A DNA stretch of 48,813 nucleotides from Gemmatimonadaceae bacterium (GTDB lineage Bacteria > Gemmatimonadota > Gemmatimonadetes > Gemmatimonadales > Gemmatimonadaceae), in the NCBI GenBank assembly GCA_041747535.1, contig JBGTEZ010000239.1, forward strand, positions 1 to 48,813. Direction: 5' to 3'. Positions 41,258 to 48,813 of this stretch are shown here, piece by piece. The notes below the pieces were generated by a model. It did not search any database, was not told the DNA's origin, and saw only the letters and a program-made list of their open reading frames with translations. The translations under genes were made by a program, and so were the position numbers. Every line of letters begins with the position of its first letter. The first letter of the stretch is position 1.

Positions 41258-42174
41258 GTAGGGTTGCTCTCGACGACAAGGTGGCGCGGTCCTTTTTCGT
41301 CGAGCGGTTCGACGATTTCCTGGCGCTCGAGCAGGGTGCGTCGGTCGAGACGAGCAAAGCCTACAAGCTGGACATCGAGCGCTTCGTGACCTACGAGCAG
41401 GTCAAGGGCGTGGCATCTCCGAGCGAAGTCGGCTCGCGATCGTTGCGGGAGTACATCTACCACCTCAAGGACCTCGGACTCGCTCCGGCTTCGATCAGGC
41501 GCAACATCTCGGCGGTTCGCACCTACTTCAAGTTCCTGCTCGGCGAGGGACACGTAGTCAGCGATCCGAGCGAGCGTCTCGAAACGCCGAAGAAATGGCG
41601 CACGCTCCCGGAAGTGCTGGGCGTCGACGAGATCGAGCGATTGCTGGCCGCTCCATCGCTCGACGAGCGTTTCGCATTCCGCGACAGAGCGATGCTGGAG
41701 GTCGCGTATGGCGCCGGCCTTCGGGTGTCGGAATGGATTTCACTCGGCGTGCGCGACGTCATGATGCAGGACCATCTGGTTCGGGTCTTCGGCAAGGGCG
41801 CGAAAGAGCGGCTGGTCCCGATCGGACGGCGCGCGATTGGCGCGATCGCCATTTATCTCCGCGAGCTGAGGCCGACGCTCGAAAAAGGGGAAGGCAAGGG
41901 AATCCTGTTCCTGAGCGCGCGCGGGCAGCCGCTGTCCCGCATGGGAGCCTGGAAGATCCTCAGGAAGTACGTCAACAAAGCAGGGATCACCAAGCCGGTT
42001 TCACCGCACACCCTGAGGCACTCGTTCGCAACGCACCTCCTCGAGGGCGGCGCGGATCTGAGAGCGGTGCAGGAGATGCTCGGCCACGTGGATATCTCGA
42101 CTACCCAGATCTACACCCACATCGACCGCGAGTATCTGCGCAGCGTGCACAAGCAGTTTCATCCGCGCTCCTGA
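41254..42174 (+). CDS. xerD: Tyrosine recombinase XerD
   Basis: GLRVSE, GKGAKER, HTLRHSFATHLL.GGADLRAVQEMLGH and TTQIYTH; ends in HKQFHPR. Confidence 0.9.
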   Translation: MSRVALDDKVARSFFVERFDDFLALEQGASVETSKAYKLDIERFVTYEQVKGVASPSEVGSRSLREYIYHLKDLGLAPASIRRNISAVRTYFKFLLGEGHVVSDPSERLETPKKWRTLPEVLGVDEIERLLAAPSLDERFAFRDRAMLEVAYGAGLRVSEWISLGVRDVMMQDHLVRVFGKGAKERLVPIGRRAIGAIAIYLRELRPTLEKGEGKGILFLSARGQPLSRMGAWKILRKYVNKAGITKPVSPHTLRHSFATHLLEGGADLRAVQEMLGHVDISTTQIYTHIDREYLRSVHKQFHPRS

Positions 42175-42182
42175 TCCCAAGA

Positions 42183-42191
42183 TGGTAGAAT
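42183..42191 (+). promoter_or_regulatory. Extended -10 promoter, predicted leaderless transcript for trpG/pabA
   Basis: TG-G-TAGAAT ends 7 nt before the ATG at 42199; no SD. Confidence 0.6.
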
Positions 42192-42198
42192 TACCAGA

Positions 42199-42774
42199 AT
42201 GCTGCTCGTGCTCGACAACTACGATTCGTTCACCTATAACCTCGTGCAATATCTCGGAGAGCTCGGGGAAGAGCCGGTAGTGCGGCGGAACGACGAGATC
42301 TCCGTCGAGGACATTGGCGCGATGGGAGTCACGCGCCTGGTGATCTCACCCGGTCCCTGCACTCCGTCCGAGGCTGGAATCACCGTTGAGGCGATCCGCC
42401 GCTGGGGCAGCAGTGTTCCGACTCTGGGCGTGTGTCTCGGCCACCAGGCGATTGGCGAGGCCTACGGCGGCAAGGTAGTTCGCGCCAGGCGGCTGATGCA
42501 CGGGAAGACCTCGCGCATCACCCACGACGGGACCGGTCTATTCGCGGGCGTACCGAGCCCCCTCGAAGTGATGCGGTACCACTCGCTGGTGATCGAAGCG
42601 ACTTCCTTGCCCGGCGAGATCGACATCATCGCCAGGGATGTCGATGACCCGGAAGAGATTCATGCGATCAGGCATAGCGAACACCCCGTCTGGGGCGTTC
42701 AATTTCACCCCGAATCAATCCTGACCCAGAACGGCAAGGACATACTGCGAAACTTTCTTACCCTGGCCCGATGA
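42199..42774 (+). CDS. Anthranilate/aminodeoxychorismate synthase component II (TrpG/PabA glutamine amidotransferase)
   Basis: DNYDSFTYNL, SPGPCTP, GVCLGHQ, RYHSL and QFHPES. Confidence 0.93.
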   Translation: MLLVLDNYDSFTYNLVQYLGELGEEPVVRRNDEISVEDIGAMGVTRLVISPGPCTPSEAGITVEAIRRWGSSVPTLGVCLGHQAIGEAYGGKVVRARRLMHGKTSRITHDGTGLFAGVPSPLEVMRYHSLVIEATSLPGEIDIIARDVDDPEEIHAIRHSEHPVWGVQFHPESILTQNGKDILRNFLTLAR

Positions 42775-43976
42775 CCAAGCTGTCCGCGGCGATGTGTATC
42801 GCTGCACTCCTGGCGCAAGGCGCGCTGGCGCAGGATACGACCGCGACCGAGCCTGACACGGCGTACGTGATCTACGACGAGGGACCGCTGACGCTTCCGC
42901 TCGGAATCGGATTGCGGGTCCCCTCGTACGACCGGGTGAACGGTCTGACTTTGCCGTGGGGCCCGAAGCTTTCCATCGGTGACGATGCTGAGTTCGACGC
43001 ACTCGTCAGCTATCGCTCGCACCTGGGCAACTTCGATCCGTCGATTGAGGGCGAGCTGCGCCCCGGCTACCGCAACGAGATCAAGCTTTACGTCGGTCGG
43101 GGCACATACACGAACGACGCGTGGATACGATCTGACCTGATCAATTCCGGCGCGGCTTTCTTCGTCGGGACGGATGCCCGCAATTATTACAGAGCCGATA
43201 GGGCCGCGTTGCGATTCACGCGAACGCTTACTGCCGCGGCCTTCACCTTCACACCGTTTCTGGGTGGCAGCGTGGAGAAGGACTGGTCAACCGGCTCCCG
43301 AACGCCGACCAGTAGACCCTGGAGCGTTTTCGGCCGAAGCGACAGCCTGAAGATGCTGCGTCCAAATCCCGCCGTTCTCAAAGGCAATATCGGGTCAATC
43401 GTCGGCGGAACGGGAATGGAATACTTTCGGGGCGAGGTGGAGGCGAAGTTTGCGGCAACAGTGGAGCACGCATTCAGATCTCCGGTGGAGCAATGTTTCT
43501 TCGCCCCAGGCGGAGGCCTGCCCTGCGTAATCGAGCGCGGCTCGTTCACCCAGGGAACGCTTCACGGGGAAGTGTTCTTTCCCACGTTCTCCACCCAGAC
43601 CTTCGCCTTCCGGGGGCACGCCGTAATCAGCGGGGACAGCGTGCCTCCTCAGCGGTACGCATATCTGGGAGGATCGGCGACACTCCCTACCGTCGACCTT
43701 CTCGCGCTGGGCGGCGACCGCCTGTTTTACGCCGAGGGCGAGTACATGATCCCGATCGAACGGATCATGATGCGGTTCCTCGGGAGCCCCTTCGTCGCCC
43801 TGCGCTACGCGGTGGGAAGCGCCGGAGTCTCAGACCTCCCTCCGTTCATCCAGAACCTCGGGGTAGCCGTCGGCATCAGCTTCCTCCGCGTTGACTACAG
43901 CATCGATCCCGCCGGAAACCGGTCTCCGTTCTCCGAGCGCTCGGCCTTCTCGATCGGGGTTTCGATTCCGCGCTGA
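42771..43976 (+). CDS. Secreted protein, probable outer-membrane beta-barrel (Omp85/BamA-like barrel without POTRA)
   Basis: Signal peptide ending ALA|Q, many alternating amphipathic strands, and a PPQRYAYLGG loop. Confidence 0.6.
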   Translation: MTKLSAAMCIAALLAQGALAQDTTATEPDTAYVIYDEGPLTLPLGIGLRVPSYDRVNGLTLPWGPKLSIGDDAEFDALVSYRSHLGNFDPSIEGELRPGYRNEIKLYVGRGTYTNDAWIRSDLINSGAAFFVGTDARNYYRADRAALRFTRTLTAAAFTFTPFLGGSVEKDWSTGSRTPTSRPWSVFGRSDSLKMLRPNPAVLKGNIGSIVGGTGMEYFRGEVEAKFAATVEHAFRSPVEQCFFAPGGGLPCVIERGSFTQGTLHGEVFFPTFSTQTFAFRGHAVISGDSVPPQRYAYLGGSATLPTVDLLALGGDRLFYAEGEYMIPIERIMMRFLGSPFVALRYAVGSAGVSDLPPFIQNLGVAVGISFLRVDYSIDPAGNRSPFSERSAFSIGVSIPR

Positions 43977-43993
43977 CGGAGGCCCGGAAATGT

Positions 43994-44022
43994 TTGCCCC
44001 GATGAGTCCCGCGGGGTATATT
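43994..44022 (+). promoter_or_regulatory. sigma70-type promoter of kdsB-pyrG-kdsA-kdsD-lptC
   Basis: TTGCCC (43994-43999), 17-nt spacer, TATATT (44017-44022). Confidence 0.6.
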
Positions 44023-44066
44023 GCAAGGCGTGACTTTCCATGGTGTCGCGCAATAATGAGCGGGTG

Positions 44067-46500
<2,434 letters not shown>

Positions 46501-46501
46501 C

Positions 46502-47320
46502 GTGGCGGAATTGTTTCCGTCGTCCAGGTTCTTCCTGATCGCCGGGCCATGCGTTCTAGAGAGCGACGACCTCAATATGCGGGTGGGTGAAGCGCTTGCG
46601 AGATTAGCGGAGCGCATCCCGGGCGGCATCATATACAAGGCGAGCTTCGACAAGGCCAACCGGTCGAATCGTGACGCCGCACGAGGGCCCGGAATCGACG
46701 CCGGCCTCGCCGCCCTCGAGCGCGTCCGCAAGGCAACCGGGCTTCCGGTGCTAACCGATGTCCACGCGCCGGATCAGTGCGCGCAGGTAGCCGAGGTCGT
46801 CGATGTGTTGCAGATACCCGCTTTTCTGTGTCGTCAGACCGACCTTCTCGAAGCGGCGGGTGCCACGGGAAAGCCCGTCAACGTAAAAAAAGGGCAGTGG
46901 CTCCAGCCGGAAGGAATGCGGGGCGCCGTACAGAAGATTCGTGGCTCGGCGCAGCAGCATGAGCGGTCCCGTGAGATCGCGGTCACCGAGCGAGGCACGT
47001 TCTTCGGTTATGGCGACCTGGTCGTCGACATGCGCTCATTCACCAGACTGCGGGACGCGTGCGGCGCTCCGGTGATCTTCGACGCCACCCACAGCGTGCA
47101 GCGGCCGGGCCAGGGGCCCGACGGCGCGAGCGGTGGTGCCCGCGAATTTGTGCCGCTTCTCTCGCTCGCGGCAATTGCAGCCGGCGCGCAGGCGCTTTTC
47201 ATCGAGACGCATCCCAATCCCGACAAGGCGCCGAGCGATGGGCCCAACATGCTCCCTCTTCCGGCCCTCGACGAGTTGATGGGTCGCGCCGTCGACATCT
47301 GGGCGCGCGTAAACCAGTGA
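46502..47320 (+). CDS. kdsA: Kdo 8-phosphate synthase (metal-dependent class)
   Basis: AGPC (Cys metal ligand), KASFDKANRS, PAFLCRQTDL, DATHSVQ and ETHP..SDG. Confidence 0.95.
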   Translation: MAELFPSSRFFLIAGPCVLESDDLNMRVGEALARLAERIPGGIIYKASFDKANRSNRDAARGPGIDAGLAALERVRKATGLPVLTDVHAPDQCAQVAEVVDVLQIPAFLCRQTDLLEAAGATGKPVNVKKGQWLQPEGMRGAVQKIRGSAQQHERSREIAVTERGTFFGYGDLVVDMRSFTRLRDACGAPVIFDATHSVQRPGQGPDGASGGAREFVPLLSLAAIAAGAQALFIETHPNPDKAPSDGPNMLPLPALDELMGRAVDIWARVNQ

Positions 47321-48282
47321 CCAGGAACGGCATCGTCGAGCGCGGACGCCGCGTTCTGCGCATGGAGACGGAGGCGCTCGCTGAGGCGGAGAAGCGGCTT
47401 GGCGACGGTTTCGCCCGGGCAGTGGAGATGATCCATGAATCCTCGGGGCGCGTGATAGTCTCGGGCGTGGGGAAATCCGGGCTCATCGGCCGAAAAATCG
47501 CGGCGACCCTGACGTCGACGGGTACGCCCGCGAGCTTCCTCCACCCGGCGGACAGCGTTCACGGCGATCTCGGGATCGTCGGAGAGTCCGACGTCGGCAT
47601 TTTGATCTCGAAGAGCGGCGAATCGAGCGAAGTGCTGGGGCTCCTCGAGCACCTCAAGCGCCTGGGGGTCCGCACCATCGCGCTCACCGGGAACGCCAAG
47701 TCCGCGCTGGCCCGGCACAGCGACGTGACGATCGATGCGTGGGTGAGCGAGGAAGCCTGCCCCCACGACCTGGCGCCGACCACCAGCACCACCGTCGCGC
47801 TTGCGCTCGGAGATGCCCTCGCAATCGCGCTTCTCGAGGAGAACGGGTTCGATGCGGACAAGTTCGCCCGGCTGCACCCTGGCGGAGCTCTGGGTCGTCG
47901 GCTCCTTACGCGGGTATCAGATGTGATGATCACCGAGCAGCTCCCGCTCCTGCCAGAGGACGCCACAATGCGACAGGCGGTGGTCCTGCTCGCCGAGCGG
48001 CGGGGGATCGCGATTGTCGTGGGGAAGGGCGGCACCGTTTCCGGCGTGATCACCACCGGCGACCTGACGCGCCTGATGGAGCACGAGGCGAATGTTTTCC
48101 CCGTACCGGCGCGGACCGTGATGAACACCCACCCGAAAGTCGCGCGCTCGGACGAGCTGGGAAGCGCAGTGGTGTACAGAATGGAGACGCACGGCATAAT
48201 CTCGATGCCCGTGCTGGCGGAAGACGATTCGGTGGTGGGAGTCATCCACCTCCACGACCTGATGCGGGCCGGGGTCATTTGA
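47317..48282 (+). CDS. kdsD: Arabinose 5-phosphate isomerase (KpsF/GutQ family, SIS plus two CBS domains)
   Basis: GVGKSG, HGDLG, EACP..LAPTTST, HPGGALG and C-terminal CBS repeats. Confidence 0.94.
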   Translation: MTRNGIVERGRRVLRMETEALAEAEKRLGDGFARAVEMIHESSGRVIVSGVGKSGLIGRKIAATLTSTGTPASFLHPADSVHGDLGIVGESDVGILISKSGESSEVLGLLEHLKRLGVRTIALTGNAKSALARHSDVTIDAWVSEEACPHDLAPTTSTTVALALGDALAIALLEENGFDADKFARLHPGGALGRRLLTRVSDVMITEQLPLLPEDATMRQAVVLLAERRGIAIVVGKGGTVSGVITTGDLTRLMEHEANVFPVPARTVMNTHPKVARSDELGSAVVYRMETHGIISMPVLAEDDSVVGVIHLHDLMRAGVI

Positions 48283-48813
48283 TGCGCGCTGCCGTTTGCC
48301 TCACCGCTGCGTTGCTTGCCCTGGGCGCCTGTGCCGAGAAAAAGGCGCTGCCCACCGCGCGTGGATCCGCGATGGCCGACTCCGCCGACCAGGTGATGTT
48401 TGGCGGCAAGTTCACTCTCACCAATCAGGGTACCAATCGGGCGCGGCTCACCTTTGACACTGCCTACTTCTTCGAGGATAACACGCGCGTCGAGCTGATG
48501 AAGGTGAACACCATTTTTTTCAACAGCGCCGGTGCGCAGGACGCGGTGCTAACGTCGCGCCGGGGTACATACAACAACCGCCTTGGCAACATGGTCGCGC
48601 GTGAAAACGTCGTCGTCATTTCCGTGGATGGCCGGCGACTGACTACACAGGAGCTCATTTACAATCAGGGCGGGAACGAGATATCGAGTGACAGCGCGTT
48701 CGTGCTGACCGAGCCCAACCGGCGACTCGAGGGAATCGGATTTCGTTCAGACCCCAACATGAGCAACATCAGGATTCTCAAGGGAGCGAGGGGAGCGGCG
48801 ACCAACGTATCTA
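48282..48813 (+). CDS. lptC: LPS export periplasmic protein LptC (3' truncated; absent from the ORF track)
   Basis: TGATG overlap with the kdsD stop. My translation gives MRAAVCLTAALLALGAC (lipobox), then ...GRRLTTQELIYNQ..EISSDSAFVLTEP..LEGIGFRSDP, open to the window end. Position after kdsD fits. Confidence 0.8.
   Translation, partial: MRAAVCLTAALLALGACAEKKALPTARGSAMADSADQVMFGGKFTLTNQGTNRARLTFDTAYFFEDNTRVELMKVNTIFFNSAGAQDAVLTSRRGTYNNRLGNMVARENVVVISVDGRRLTTQELIYNQGGNEISSDSAFVLTEPNRRLEGIGFRSDPNMSNIRILKGARGAATNVS

Noticed and set aside
41254-42174. Tyrosine recombinase as a marker of a prophage or integrative element
   Set aside because: The sequence is typical housekeeping XerD, coupled to dedA, with no att repeats, tRNA, cargo genes or visible compositional shift.

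Overview
This GC-rich bacterial window is almost entirely core housekeeping DNA: about 56 tightly packed CDSs, all on the + strand except two. Gene order: aroE (partial), comF, gap, pgk, tpiA, secG, carA, HU/IHF, moaD/E/A, mdh, a small membrane protein, then a minus-strand hypothetical and dcd, a complete nuoA-N complex I operon, PMM/PGM, a UPF0182-like protein, carbamate kinase, sucCD, ndk, yceD, rpmF, plsX, fabH/D/G, acpP, fabF, mqnE/A/C, ispF, dedA, xerD, trpG/pabA, a beta-barrel protein, kdsB, pyrG, kdsA, kdsD and lptC (partial). Kdo/Lpt genes indicate a diderm LPS producer that uses the futalosine menaquinone route. The gene order looks like Gemmatimonadota to me, but that is an inference I could not test. 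Bases 1-21 are Illumina adapter, not genomic DNA. I found no tRNA, rRNA, CRISPR array, prophage, IS element or defence island, and no convincing new multi-gene system. The best leads are small-scale: (1) a Rex/CRP-type operator just downstream of a sigma70 promoter at nuoA; (2) an MqnE with a non-canonical Cx5Cx2C motif; (3) a possible leaderless two-uORF relay into kdsB; (4) unusual complex I subunits (short NuoG, Cys-pair insertion in NuoA, His-rich loop in NuoL); (5) a POTRA-less Omp85-like barrel; (6) a condensed UPF0182 protein coupled to an orphan carbamate kinase, with carA also lacking its partner carB here.
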